Positions 39,701 through 53,789 are shown, counted from the stretch's first letter. The stretch: 64,000 nt of DNA from Octopus sinensis (GCF_006345805.1 NC_043010.1:35340001-35404000), one strand, 5' to 3'. Numbers and translations are program-made. Notes: a model not told the origin generated them from the letters alone.

Positions 39701-40535
39701 CCCACCACACGCGATAGACTGGCGGTTGCACGGGCGCGAAAGCTACGTTGTTATCCTCATTCCGTAAACGGTAGCTTTTAACGGGTGGAGAGCAGAACCA
39801 TCCTGGGGTACAAAGTATTCGCAATCTAGACTAGGGTCTGAAAGTTTACCACACCATAGTGGGTTACACCATGGTTCCTCTGCTTTGTGGCAAAATTAGG
39901 AAGAAAGAGTGAGAGAAAGTTGTGGTGAAAGAGTACAGTGGGGTCACCACCCCCACCCACCCCCACCGGATCCACGTAGAGCTTAGGTGTTTTTGCTCAA
40001 TAAACACTCACAATGCCCGGCCTGGGAATCGAAACTGCTATTGTTGTTCTTTTTGTCGACACCTAAAGTTTTGACGTTGCTTAGAGACGAAATACTTTTT
40101 GCCCTGGTGATGTCGTTAAGTTTAGGCCATTCCATACTGATATTCTCATTTATTTCCTTGTTCTCAAAATTTCTCAATTTCTTTTATCGAACGTTATAAT
40201 GAATTCTTCATCAGCCATTTTTAAAAAATTGCAAAAAATTGCGAAATATTTGTTTTTACCAAAAGCAATTAATATTCAAAAATTATTTATACGCACCCCT
40301 TGCAAAACAGGGAGTGTTTCTACGCAAAAATAATATCTGCACAATCCAGACAATCTCCGAAATGTAATAGTAACAACAGAAATGAATTAATAATAGTAAT
40401 CCTTTCTACTGTAGGTATAAGGCCTGAAATTTGGTGGAGGAGATAGTTGGCTTTATCGACTCGGGCGAAATATCACTAAACATTTTCCCCGGCGTGCTAA
40501 CAATTCTGCCAGCTCGCCGTCTTAATAATGATAAT

Positions 40536-40936
40536 ATGGGCTACAGCAAATATTCTGCTCAATACCACAGATTTTCTTGTCAGTTGTTTGACCTTAACCA
40601 GTTGAGCATGCCTCTTGGTTCGTCTCTGATCATGAGCAGAAGTAGTTGGGGAGCGTCATAGGCATGTATCGAGAGGAGTTTGGGGGAAGTTTGAATAATT
40701 CGCCTCTGGAAACATGGGTGTTACGTTCACCATCCTTAAACCTTATTCAGGGACATTTTGAGTGGGATGAGCTACTCGACGTGAAGAAAATTCTAACTGG
40801 TCCCTATGTCGTGCACATATGGTTGTGATGCGTGTGCCTAGTGTGGCCTTATCAGACGGGTGGTCATGATGATTATATTGGGCTTCGTATATTTTATCCC
40901 AGTGTCACTTTGATGACATGCGCTACTCTCTCACTC
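40536..40936 (+). mobile_element. TAA-flanked non-coding retroelement, copy 2
   Basis: ATGGGCTACAGCAAATATTCTGCTC...CTCTCTCACTC followed by AGTAATAACAAC; reverse complement of 25679-26155, with an internal deletion. Confidence 0.7.
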
Positions 40937-42638
40937 AGTAATAACAACAACAACAATAATAATAATAATTTCTTTTATTAGCCATGTAACGGGAGAAATT
41001 GATTAGGTACACAATAATATGAAATTTGTTGTTATGGACGGCAAGTTGTAAGATGTGAAAGATAGATAATGCATGAAGTTTTAAGGAAATGTTTATTTAC
41101 CGTTACGTTACAATACTATGCCTCGACGAACAGGTTATGATAAATCCAAAAGCATGCGAAGTAAAGTTTGTGTTTGTGTCCTCTTCATTGTTTAATGGTA
41201 ATTACTGAGAGAGATGTAATGATGTTGTAAGAGAACAGAATTAGAGCTAGTGATGGTTGTAGTGTGTTGTCTCTCAGTTGCTGACAGTAAACTTCATTTC
41301 TCCCTCTGACCAAGGTTGTAGCTGGTGAGCCAGACTTCGTTATCACCGTAGTGACTAACTGGTTGAGTCGTCACCGACTGTGACCAACTGATTTTTGCTT
41401 GGGGTGTGCTTGCTTATATAACTATCCAGAAGGATAGACATATCATTGAGAACAATAGATTTAGTTGCTGGTCTTGTTATCTCTATTCTAGCTTTTGGTG
41501 AAGTAGAAGAGGTTAGAAAGGGTCAAGTGGTGAAGACATTATTTCGGCCTAGCTAAAGGCATCTGGAAAACTGCTGTCAGAGAAAAGCCATTGTTCCACA
41601 TGGGAAAAGTTCTGTTGCAGTGTTAATTTAAATTTAGCTATGGTGGATCGAATCCACTTCATGCTTCCAAGATCCACTACAGCTATGAGGGCATAGATTG
41701 GGGGACATCATAAGGATATACAACAATTTGTGTGGGAATTTACATAAATGATGGGAAGAAAGAAATGGAAAAGACAGTGAAATGCGGCTAAAGTATATAA
41801 CGTATGGGATCCCCTCCATACACACGCAAGCATGTATCTGACTCATACACTGTTCACTTTCCAGACATTTGTACATTATTGCATATGCTTTATACGCACT
41901 TTTGACAATTTGTGGTACACCTGAGCACTGTATACAATAATTTCATAATTAGATTATTATTATAACATAAATAATGCAGTCTTCCTGATACAGGAGAAAC
42001 TCCAATTAGAGCCAATCAAGGAACCTCACAGATCCAGGATGACCCTGACCACCAAAGATACGCGTTCTCTCTCCTGTTCTCCAATAATAATTCTGTCACA
42101 ATAATTGCCTTGCTAGGCTACGTCCTTTTTCAATGTGGAAAATATTCCAACAACGATGTTAGTAACAAGATCTAAAACTACCGAAGGCTTTAACTCTGAG
42201 CCGTACACACCACAGAAGAAAGTCAAGCGCATATTACCACATTGCGACACAACCTCTTTACCTCAGTTGACCTTCCTCAATTCAACACAATCCTAAAAGA
42301 AAGCATGGAAAAAGACTTCTTAACGTTCAAACGTATGTAGATAAATTCCTGCACCAAATACTGCACGCGCACGTATGTGTATTAAATGACTGGTGAGGAA
42401 TACTCAGGGTTGCCTGCTGCATGAAAAATAAAAAGTAAAGTTTCGATAACATATTTAATGTAGTCCACCAAGAAATTCTGATTAATTATAACTACATCTA
42501 TAGTAATGTGAAATCATTATTTTAATGATCAATTCTACTCAAAGAAGACAAGGGAGATGATCCTGGAATTGAAATTAATTAAAATTAAGAATAGATTACT
42601 GTGGGAATATAGACCGATCTTTGGTGATATAGTGACAT

Positions 42639-42673
42639 CGAACATGTTTCAGTCTAATTAGTCCTCATCAACG
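42639..42673 (-). ncRNA. Degenerate minimal hammerhead ribozyme relic
   Basis: Minus strand: CCG-TTGATGA-GGACTAATTAGACT-GAAAC-AT-GTT-CG; near-palindromic stem II, palindromic ACATGT stem III, C3 replaced by T. Confidence 0.35.
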
Positions 42674-42943
42674 GAGCATTAACTTCTATTGCCAGATAAT
42701 TAGAATGACTCGAGGGATATATAAGATTTTAATGAATGAACACTGAGCAACCTGATAGATTAAAGTAATAACTGAAGAATATTCCCAGCGATGCCTACTG
42801 CGTTAAAGAAAAACTGAAATGGTTACTAGTTTACTTAATATGACGAGCCAAGAAATTTAGTTGTATTTGTATGCATGCTGGTATGTATATTCATGTGTAT
42901 GAGATACATGTATATGCATATTTGTGTGTGTGTGAGAGAAGAG

Positions 42944-43003
<60 letters not shown>

Positions 43004-43703
43004 TTGACTCGGCCTGTTTCTGTATTTTCTTTTTTTCTAAGTTTCTTATTCTGTCTCTCTTTCTCTTCTTCTATAAGGCCACTGCTTACTTTGGCTTCTG
43101 TAGACCTCAACACTGACTAGGATGATGGTATGTTAAGTAGTAGTAGTAGTAGTGGTGGTGGTTTAGATCAAGGTCAACTCTGATCAAACAAATCTCTTAC
43201 CAAAAGTGTTCCAGCTGTGACCATCTCGTCGTTTTCTAGAACTACATCATTTATACAATATGTCAGTCCTTTTTTTCAGGCGTCAATGTGTAATGTGAAG
43301 CAGATTTTGCTGCTATTTCTAGCTGGTTCCTTTCTATACGCGACAGTAGTTTTTCGACCTAACTCCAAAAGTGAGAAACACTCGGACACTATACGAACAA
43401 TGTTTGTACAACACCACAGGCAAATGCTCCGCGTGCATCTGCGGTGGAGTTTATCTTAAAACCGGTGGAGTTCCTCGATAGCACTGTCAGGCTAAGGATT
43501 TCTGAAAGTTAGCTACAGTTGTCTCTGGCCCGAAAGCCCTTCCAAACACACTAGCCAGTCGACTCCTAGACATGTTACCATGTATGTATGTATGTGTATA
43601 TATATATATATAGCTAAAGTGAAACTTCATTGATTGTATTATCCGACTGATAGAGGGCGGTGAGCGCTTTCAGACGCCCTATTTTGGTCTTTTCTTGACC
43701 CAG

Positions 43704-43872
43704 GACTACAGCTCCGTCAAAAGGACGACCTACAGAAATACAAATGGAGATTACACCTGCTAACTTTCCAAGAATCTACGTAGGCAATGGAACCACACAC
43801 AACACGTATCTGTACATCTACAGCCACGGTATACTGACGCGCAAACCCACGCAGGAGGTTGTTAAAGAATAA
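43704..43872 (+). CDS. Candidate terminal exon or small ORF of unknown function
   Basis: Polypyrimidine acceptor TTTTGGTCTTTTCTTGACCCAG|, open frame TTAPSKGRPTEIQMEITPANFPRIYVGNGTTHNTYLYIYSHGILTRKPTQEVVKE*, AATAAA at 43886 and 43957. No homologue recognised. Confidence 0.3.
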
Positions 43873-44553
43873 ATTTTTTTTTTTAAATAAAGCATAATTT
43901 CCATGTTTGCTAATCTTGAACGTTGTGTAGGTCAGCATGTAATCTTATGCACCAGTAATAAATGTTTCAGTTCTGGACTGGAAAAAAATGAAGTCAACCT
44001 TGACGGTTAATTTAATATCACAACATGCATGATTAAACAATACATACACAAGGCATGGTTACTTCCAAGATTATGATGTAAAGGGAAATAATTCTGGATA
44101 TGATTTTCTAATTCTGCTTCGTTCGTGAAGGTTATTGCCCTTGAACGAAAAAATGGTGATGAGAACGAGTGAGGAATTTTAAATAATGAGAAAAATAATA
44201 TTCCACGACTCACTTATTCACAATAAAATTGACAGATATACTAAACAGGGATGATCCTTAAGAAACCAAAATATAGAGAGAGCAATTACCTTTAGAGAAC
44301 AGGGGAAAATTTTAATTAAATATACTTTCAAAAGGTTTTAAAAAATCCCCTTCAACAACTTAGATTTGACGCGAGCTCCCCATTCCCTTGTTACCATTAG
44401 ATAGGTTTACAGCACATCAATCTTCTACGTGCATAGTAGAGTTAATCTATCACCGAATTAACACCACATCTGACCATTTAATACCTTTAGCCCCGGGCCC
44501 ACGAAGCCGTGTGTGTGGCTTAGGTAGACTGAAATACGCTTGTATATCATCAT

Positions 44554-44623
<70 letters not shown>

Positions 44624-45248
44624 ACTAGACATAAGTTTCATAAACTACAAAATATAAATATCCACACAACCACACTTGAAACGTACCTGTTATAACTCTT
44701 TATTTCGATTTGAATATACATGAAGGTATTTAGAATGCCTAAACTTATTTCTGCAAATGTGCTAAGCACTGATGCTGATCAGAGTTTAATCAATAAGTGT
44801 AGGAGCGAGGTAAATGCAGTAAAATTAGTGGGGTGAGTGTGGCCCCATTTAAGTGGACCTTCAGAAATTGAACCTCCTTAAGATACTCCGTGGGAGTTCA
44901 TGGTGTGGAATTCATTGCCATTACTCCGATTCGGTTGCCAATTCCATGTATTTAGTTTAAAATGCAGTAAAAATAGGGGGTCTGTGAGGCTTCAAATAGG
45001 CGGCCCTTAAAAAATAGACCCCTTAGGACATTCCCTGAAAGTGAAAGAGTTGCTCGTTTGAATTTCGTTGTCCTGCACCAATGGTCTAAGAGTTAACGAA
45101 CACAAAACATAACGGACAGAGAAACATCACTCAAATTTATAATAGGATATATATATATATTTGAGTGATGTTTCTCTGTCCGTTATATATAATATATATA
45201 TATATATATTATATATATATATATATTTGAGTGATGTTTCTCTGTCCG

Positions 45249-45298
<50 letters not shown>

Positions 45299-45304
<6 letters not shown>

Positions 45305-45603
45305 GCATGGTTCAGTGGTTAGAGCATCAGGCTCAGTCATGAAGTAGTGAATTTGATTCCCGGACCAGACACTTTGTTTCCCATTGCTCCAGTTCACTCA
45401 GCTATAGAAATGAGTTGCGACATCACAGGTGCCAAGCTGCATCCACCTTTGCGTTTCCCTTGGATAACATCCATGGTATGGAAAGGGGAAGCTGGTATGC
45501 AGGGATGGCTGCTGATCTTACATAAACAACCTTGCCCAGACTTGTGCCCCAAAGGGTAACTTTCTTGGTGCAATCTTATGGTCATTCATACTCGATGTGG
45601 GCC
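45299..45603 (+). mobile_element. tRNA-derived SINE family C
   Basis: GGCGCATGGTTCAGTGGTTAGAGCATCAGGC...AATTTGATTCCCGG head; body shared with 8220-8560. Confidence 0.7.
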
Positions 45604-46089
45604 TTCTCTTCAATACATATAAATATAGATACGTGCTCGCAGACATACCCATATAACATTGTCATCATCATTTTGATACCTATTTCTTCCATGCATGCAT
45701 GGGTCAGATGAGACATGTTTACTTTCCTGATGCCAACCCTCATCTGTTTTCAACCAAGGTAATAATCCTTTGGTCTGTCAAACGATGAACCCACACACGT
45801 TACACAGAAAACTGAACAAATGATACTGTTTGAATCCAGGTTTTGCTTACAAAAATTATACAGTATGTCCATGCATGTCAAGCAAACTAAGTATGCTTTC
45901 ATGAACTGCAAGTAAACAACACAGCCTGTATGAACAGTGATATATACATATATATCTATGCAAATGTGGGAAGGGTGTAAATTACCTTTCGGTTGGACCA
46001 TAGAATGAATCAATCCTCCAAACACACCCCATCATAAAGAGTAAAAGACAACTCAAGTCAATGTAAAGTATTTTAACACATCAACATAA

Positions 46090-46500
46090 AAACTGACAGT
46101 GAAAAAATGCGGAACGCCTAACTGTGGTATATGTGTCAACCTAATTGAGGGATCAGAGTTCTCCTTCAAACAGGGTCAATGTTTTACAGTGAAAAACAAC
46201 TTCACATGTGCTTCAGAAAATCTTATATATGTGTTAACTTGCTCAGGGTGTCGAGAGCAATATATTGGTCAAACTAAAAACGGTCTATGCTAGAGGATGA
46301 CTGTACAAAGATCCCAGATTAAAATATGGGAATACAGAAAAATAGCATTAAGTGAACACACCAACATTTGCACCACTAATGAACGACCCAACTTTAGAAT
46401 TTTTCCCCTCTGAAAATTTAGTGACAATGCATCCTATAATCAGCACATTAGCAAAGAATCATATTTTATCACAAAATATAAACCTCTTTTGAATGCTTCC
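46090..46500 (+). pseudogene. Penelope-like GIY-YIG endonuclease remnant
   Basis: KCGTPNCGIC...FTCASENLIYVLTCSGCREQYIGQT, then stop codons; matches the PLE CxxxxCxxC plus (G/N)IY-YIG layout. Confidence 0.8.
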
Positions 46501-46739
46501 ACTACAGATGACACTACTACAAGGGTCTTAGAATAATACCCATGCAAATATTAGAAATGATTGGTGTCCCAGCATGGCCACAGCTTTGAGCTGAAACTGA
46601 TAAATAAAAAATATATATATTAAGAACAGTTGATACCCATGAATTTATTTAGAATAGTTCCTACCACAACAGGTTACTTTAAGGTCACTTGGCCATTAAA
46701 GTAGATTCCATGGACAGCCTCTACTACTGGGCTATACCA

Positions 46740-47030
46740 CTCCCAGCTTTTTCTTCTCCTTCTTTTCCTTCTTTTTCTCCTTTTTTGCCTACTCCTTCCC
46801 CTTCTTTTTTCTTCCTCCTCTCCTTCCCCACCTTCCTTTCCTTTTTCTTTTCCTTCTTCTTTCCTTCTTTCTCTTCTCTTCTTTTTTGTCTCCTCCTTCC
46901 TCTTCTTCTCCACCTTCCTCTTCTTCTTTTCTTCCACTCCTTCCTCTTCTTTTTCTTCCACTCCTTCCTCTTCTTTTTCTTCCTCTTCTTCTTCTCCACC
47001 TTCTTTGCCTTCTCTTTCTTTGGCTGCTGC
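46740..47030. repeat. ~290-nt polypyrimidine (CT-rich) low-complexity tract
   Basis: Almost pure C/T on the plus strand; source of the K/E/R-rich pseudo-ORFs. Confidence 0.9.
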
Positions 47031-47572
47031 TGCTTAATCCATCAAACTTTAGAAGCAAATATTTCTCTACACCCATATATATATGCACACACACACACAC
47101 TCACACACACATATATATATATACTCACATATATAAACATATTTGTGCATATATTTATACACACATGAACATATGATATATATGCAGACACACACATACA
47201 CACACACACACACACACAAACAGTCTTGTATTCAATTACTTGGAACTCATTATACTGGATTATTTGTAACTGTTTTGTTTCCTGCGGGCATGAGCACATT
47301 GCTCTTGTAACAGCCCTCCTCTGCATTCAAATAATGAAAGTTGTAGAAGTAGAGGAAAGCCAAACGTACAATTGTAAGGCTCCTGTGATGTCAATAGCCT
47401 TTCGTCACAATCTGGCTACACAACCACATATAATAATAGTTAGGCTGTATATGAAAATGTATAATGTTAGGACCTGGAATAGACTATTAACTTTTTAAAT
47501 AGCTTCTCATCAAAAGGATAGTTATTAAAACACCACTGTAGCTATGCTATTAAAACAGGACACTTGAACTAT

Positions 47573-47737
47573 ATAGGCGCAGGAGTGGCTGTGTGGTAAG
47601 TAGCTTGCTAACCAACCACATGGTTCCGGGTTCAGTCCCACTGCGTGGCATCTTGGGCAAGTGTCTTCTGCTATAGCCCCGGGCCGACCAATGCCTTGTG
47701 AGTGGATTTGGTAGACGGAAACTGAAAGAAGCCTGTC

Positions 47738-47772
<35 letters not shown>

Positions 47773-47990
47773 TGTGTGTCTGTGTTTGTCCCCCCAGCAT
47801 CGCTTGACAACCGATGCTGGTGTGTTTACGTCCCCGTCACTTAGCGGTTCGGCAAAAGAGACCGATAGAATAAGTACTGGGCTTACAAAGAATAAGTCCC
47901 GGGGTCGATTTGCTCGACTAAAGGCGGTGCTCCAGCATGGCCGCAGTCGAATGACTGAAACAAGTAAAAGAGTAAAAGAGTAAAAGAGAG
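47573..47990 (+). mobile_element. SINE family B, young copy
   Basis: Complete head, core, (TA)n and (GTAAAAGA)n tail. Confidence 0.85.
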
Positions 47991-48426
47991 AACTAACAGC
48001 TAAAACTTTTATGTAAGGTGTTGGTATGATTGTATGAATAAGAATAGGTGCAGGCATGGCTGTGTGGTTAAGGAGATTGCTTTTTCAGCCATGTGGCTTT
48101 AGGTTCAGTCCCATTGTGCAGTTTCTTGGGCAAGTGTCTTTCTACTTTAGATCCGGGTTGACCAACGCCTTGTGAGTAAATCTAGTCGACAGAAACTGTG
48201 TGAAAGCCCATTATGTGTGTGTGTACACACACACACATACATTTGCATTTGTCTCCAACCACCACCACTTGGCAACCAGTGTTGGTTTGTTTATGTACCT
48301 GTAATTTAGCAGTTTAGCAAAACAGTCTGATAAAATAAGCATTAGACTTTAAAAAATTTTCGAAAATAGTTCTGGGGCTCCTTCTATTCTACTGAACCCT
48401 TCAAAGTGGTGCACCAGCATTTTTGA

Positions 48427-48525
<99 letters not shown>

Positions 48526-49733
48526 AGCAAAACGCCCCCCCCCCGTCCAATGGACGGTACTGAGTTGTCAAACATTTAAACCAAATTTTCTCAAAATAAC
48601 TTGTCCAACCGTCCCATAGGCCACCCCTTTCAGAAACACTGATTTAACCTAAATTTGAGACACCAGCAAAAGAAGAAATAACGATAGACTTTTTTTCTAT
48701 TCCAAAGAAAAACGATTTTATTCACACAAATATGCAACCGAAGAGTTTAAAGTACCAGTTACGATAAGGCTGTTGACTGGGAGAACACAAACGTGGTTTA
48801 AACAGTAAGCTTGGCAGGAAAGAAATGTGCCTTTAAGCAGTACAAAAACAACAAAAAATGGAAGGTGCAGTTATGTACAGGTTCATGGAAGAAAAGCAGG
48901 ACAAAAACAGCTTTATCAATCGCATTCTCGCTTGGAATCGATTTTTGTAATTTTTTCAAGACTTATACATGCCCTGATACCGTCAGTATCTACATATCAA
49001 ATTTGAGCGCAATCGGATGGAGGATGCCCAAGATCCTAGAAGACACTCACACAGACAGACAGAACAGATTTTATATAATACATACATATTTGTAGTAAAT
49101 TCATAATTTACTACAAAAGTCATTTCTTACTGAAGCATGGCCACACTCAAATAATAGAAACAGGAATAAGATAGAAGCTGATAAGTATCACTCGTTACAT
49201 TTCAATGGGACTGTTGTTGTTTTATGTCTTGAATTACCATTTAAAATGTGTATCCTTTATAATCCATCTTTATCTGAGTGTCATGCTTAACTATGGTGAG
49301 TAATAGGTGCAATTGAAATTTTAATGGAACTAATTCAAGTGTTGCTCTTCAAATGTGCTTTACTTTGAAGTTAAATGAAATACTTAATCAAAAGGTTTAG
49401 CATAATGAAACAAGCTGAAGAGTGTTTTGCTTTCAGCAATTTTAGTTATGGAATTAATTTAACGCCATAGCCATATCCTTTAACATAGAGAAAGGAGAAT
49501 ATGAAGATCTAAACATCTAAACACATAAATCATGGGATGCACACACACACACACACACACATGCACATACACACACACACAATGTTATAATAAAAACCAC
49601 AAATCCTGAGGAATACAACTATCCATATATATAGGAGTGTGAATTTAAAAACACATGTTCACACACACACACGCACACGTGCGCACCCACACACACGCAC
49701 ACGTGCGCACCCACACACACACACACACACACA

Positions 49734-51013
49734 TTAGGTTGTCTGAAAAGTTCTGAGCACTTTTTACTATGCAAAAACGGATGTAAATAATTGACCTTTC
49801 AATAAATTTTATTCAATGAAATAATTTCTATTATTATTAATGACCTTTGCCCATCTATCAGGCAATTTAAATATTCCATCAGCATGAAATTTGACTGGTT
49901 TTGAAGAAAAAAAAACGTTATCTAGATACATTTTTGACTCCATCTAAATCCTTAAATGTTTTTCCTTGCCATGAATTCTGTAAAGACAAAGACAGTGGTA
50001 GTTGGATGGCATAATATCAGAATATGATGGATGGTGTAAGAGATCCCAGCCAAGCTTATGTAACTTTGTTTGGGCAGCCAAAGACACATGTGGTCAGGCA
50101 TTGCCTTGGAACACTACTCCTTTCCTGTTGGTTGTCTCCAGCCTCAGTTCCTTGATTTTTTGGTTCAAATTAGTCAGCTGATGACAGTACACATCAGAAT
50201 TAATGATCTGGTTTTGTGGGAGAAGCTCATAATAAATAATGCCTTTATGATCCCACCAAATACAAAGCATAACTTTCTTGGCATGAATATTCATGTTTGG
50301 TTGCTGTTTTGTGGGATCCTTATGCAAATTCCAGGATCTTTTTCACACTGTCTTCATAAGCAATCCATGTTTCATCTCCAGTCACAAGTATTTTCAGAAA
50401 AGGCATGCTTTCATTCTGTTTCAAAAGCATATCACAAATGGAATACCAGTCCAAGCAAATCTTTTCTGAGAGTTTGTGAGGGATCCATACATTAAAGCGA
50501 GAAATGTATCCTAGCTTCACTAGGTGTTCATGAGCCATACTTTTAGAAACTCTCAACTCTTCTCGGCAAGTTCTCTCGTCGTGATATTTGAGTTTTCTTC
50601 AATTTTTGCTTTCAAAACATCATCCAATTTTGAAGGTCTTCCGCTGTGACTGTCATCGTCCAAGCTAAACTCTCCAGCTTTAAATTATGCAAACCACCTT
50701 CAAACAGTTGCTTCACCTACAGCATCATCACCATAAACTTCACAGGTATTTTTACGAGTCTTTGCAGCATTTTATCCTTTTTTAAAAAAAGAAAAGCATT
50801 ATAATGCGAATATGAAATTTTTGGTTATCCTTTTCGAATCTCAGTAAAGGGTAACTGGAATGAAAGATAGATCTATTTTTAGTCAAGAACAAAGCAGAGA
50901 TGCACTACCACTTGAAGCAATGCCAAAGTTTTAACTGTGTTATGTTTCGGGGGTGTTCAATGAAGTGTTATAAGATTTAGCTTAAAACACTCAGAACTTT
51001 CTGGACAACCTAA
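49734..51013 (-). mobile_element. mariner (DD34D-type) transposon with decayed transposase
   Basis: TIRs TTAGGTTGTCTGAAAAGTTCTGAG / revcomp TTAGGTTGTCCAGAAAGTTCTGAG; motifs WIPHKL, VTGDETWI, KKVMLCIWWD..GIIYYELL and a degenerate HPxYSxD. Confidence 0.85.
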
Positions 51014-51984
51014 TATATATATATATATATATTAGGTTGTCCAGATTGAATGCCATGCAACCATTTCCAAGTAAGTTTATCTTATATATATATATAAGGA
51101 AAAAAAAACAAAGCAAGAAAGGAGGTAAGACTCTCATTCTGGCTGGAAAATGGCCCTGTTCAATATTTAGGAAAGGAATGGAATGTAATTCCATTTGCTG
51201 CACCTATGGATGCATAAGAGATGCAGTGGAATTGTGGAAAGGTTATCAGATAAGGTCACTTTCGTGTATGGTAGATGTGCAGGAACAGTAATTACTTAGA
51301 GCATGAGGGATTTAAACTCTTTCAAATACCCAGGAGGCTCTCTTAAGGTACTAGATATTTTCTGCAGAGTGGTTGGTGTTAGGAAGGGCATCCAGCCGTA
51401 AAATCCCTGCCAAAACAGATATAGTAGCCTAGAGTAGTTTCTCTACCTGGCCAGCTCCTGTCAACCGTCCTACCTATGTATGCATGGAAGATGGACGTTA
51501 AATGATGATGATGATGATGATAATATCATAATATTATATACGATGATGATGATGATGATGATGATATATATATATATTGAGATAATGGTTGTAAATGCAA
51601 TCCTCCATGGGATAACATATATCCAATATACTGCTAGTGAAGTACCCAACAAAGTTAATACATAAATATTAATGATTGCGATGCAATCAATTCCTTTACT
51701 GTATTATAAGGGCAAAGGTAAAGTGATTTACTACAAATTACTTATACAAGATAAGAAAATGGAGAAATACATCTAAATCAAATATCAATTACCAGATAAT
51801 ACTCAATCACATACTTTATTATATATATACATACATATACACACACACACACACATATTGGGTTGAGGCAAAAGTTCATGCACCATATTTTGAAGAATAT
51901 TATTTTTTAATAAATTCTTGCATAAAAAATCATTATTTTAACACGCCACACGAACTTTTACTTCAATATATATATATATATATC

Positions 51985-52047
<63 letters not shown>

Positions 52048-52059
52048 TATTAAAGGAAG

Positions 52060-52600
52060 AGGAAAACAAAGTTTTCAATACAATAGCCATACTACATACT
52101 ATAACCAGGCACTAGCAGCTAGTGGCTTCTCCTAACAAATCAAATCCATAGCAAACTCTAGGCTTAAAAAACACATTATTCAACTCAATCCTGTGGGGGC
52201 TATGCCCCTCCACTGGGGGCACAAACCCTCCCACTATAGATAGACACACTAAAACCCTGCTTGAAACCTAAAAAAACCTTGACCAGGATGCTCTCGCTTG
52301 CTCCACACTCACCTATATAACACTCAAACGAGACTCAAACTGATAAACAATGCTGAATCTCAGGGTTCTCCTCTAACAGAAAATATAGATATACTTTCCC
52401 TATATTGCCTAATAAAAGCAAGGGAAGATCAATTCTCTGGTTTACACCCCCATTCACTTTAAGTGTGAAGAGCTTAGCCAAAACCTCTTTTATATTTGTA
52501 GACTCTAACTTCCCAAGTCACCATAAATACCATTCATTCTTCAACAGACCTACTCGTCTCCACCCAATATAGAATCTGTTGTTGCCTTGTCTCATAAGCG
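52060..52600 (+). pseudogene. Penelope-like RT C-terminal remnant
   Basis: YNQALAASGFS* and SILWFTPPF..SVK resemble the PLE motifs YNxAL..SG and IIWFNPP; heavily decayed. Confidence 0.5.
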
Positions 52601-53058
52601 TAAACTTAATCCATGCTACCTAAATAATGCCTATAGGCAAAAGCAGTCAAATTGTATATAATCATAACATAGGTCAATACAGCAACAATACCAACACCGT
52701 CCATGATAGCATATACCGCAGCTATAACCCTAGGACTATAACCAGCATAAACCAGGATACGGATATCTTCACTTCTGAGTATGGTCAAAGTACAGTTGAA
52801 ATTAATGTTTATACTACTACTACTACTACTACTACTACACTACAACTACTACCACTACTACCACTACTACTACTACTACTACCACTACTAATGCTACTGC
52901 TGCTGTTGCTACTACTACTACTATTGCTACTACTGCTGCTGCTACTACTACTACTACTAATAATAATAATAATAATTATAATTATAATGATGGTGATGAT
53001 GATGATTATGGTGGTGGTGGTGGTGGTGGTGGTGGTGGTGATAGTAATAATAATAATA

Positions 53059-53736
53059 GGATGTCCTGTGCTGACACCAAACAAATACATAAATCACCAC
53101 AATAAAGTAGGACAGTATTTACAATGGAAAATATGTAAACACTACAAAATCAACACTCCTGCTTACTGGTATGAACATTATCCTGAGTCAGTCATTGAAG
53201 GTAAAAACGTCACTATTCTCTGGGATTTTCCAGTCAACATTGACAGAACAATCCAGGCTAGTCGACCAGACATGGTCATTAAAGACAACAAAGAAAATAC
53301 TTGTAGACTAATAGATGTGAATGTTCCCACTGATAAAAATATACCTGTAAAGGAATTTGACAAATTAAGTAAATAGAAGGACCTGGAAATTGAAATACAA
53401 AAGATGTGACATCTTAAAGCAAAAACTGTTCCTGTTATTGTGGGTGCCCTTAGTATGATAAGAAAGGGATGTCAAAAACATCTAGAAAATATCCCAGGAG
53501 AACCATGTCTCAGAGAAATCCAAAAGATTGTGCTGACAAGTATTGCCTACATCCCTAGAAAAACCCTATGAATTTTAATGTATCTGTTGTACTACATGCA
53601 GATATTTCACTACTGCCCCTGCCACTTTCCATCCCCAAGCTTTCATTCATACTGTAACATCTCTTATCCTTCACTCACCCTTGGACACTGGGTGTGTCTC
53701 AGCAAGTGATTATAACAAACATGTGGATTAAAAGTA

Positions 53737-53738
<2 letters not shown>
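53059..53738 (+). mobile_element. 5'-truncated R4/Dong-clade LINE
   Basis: HNKVGQYLQWKICKH..WYEHYPE..LWDF..RPDMVIKD..; TAATAATAAT at the 5' side and a long (TAA)n at the 3' side. Confidence 0.85.

Positions 53739-53789
<51 letters not shown>

Noticed and set aside
40180-40216. Minus-strand CTGATGAAGAA..TTCGATAA
   Set aside because: GAAA is broken and there is no stem III or stem I.
52627-53376. 249-aa ORF with an apparent hydrophobic stretch
   Set aside because: Read-through of (CTA)n/(TAA)n/(GTG)n microsatellites into a truncated Dong LINE.
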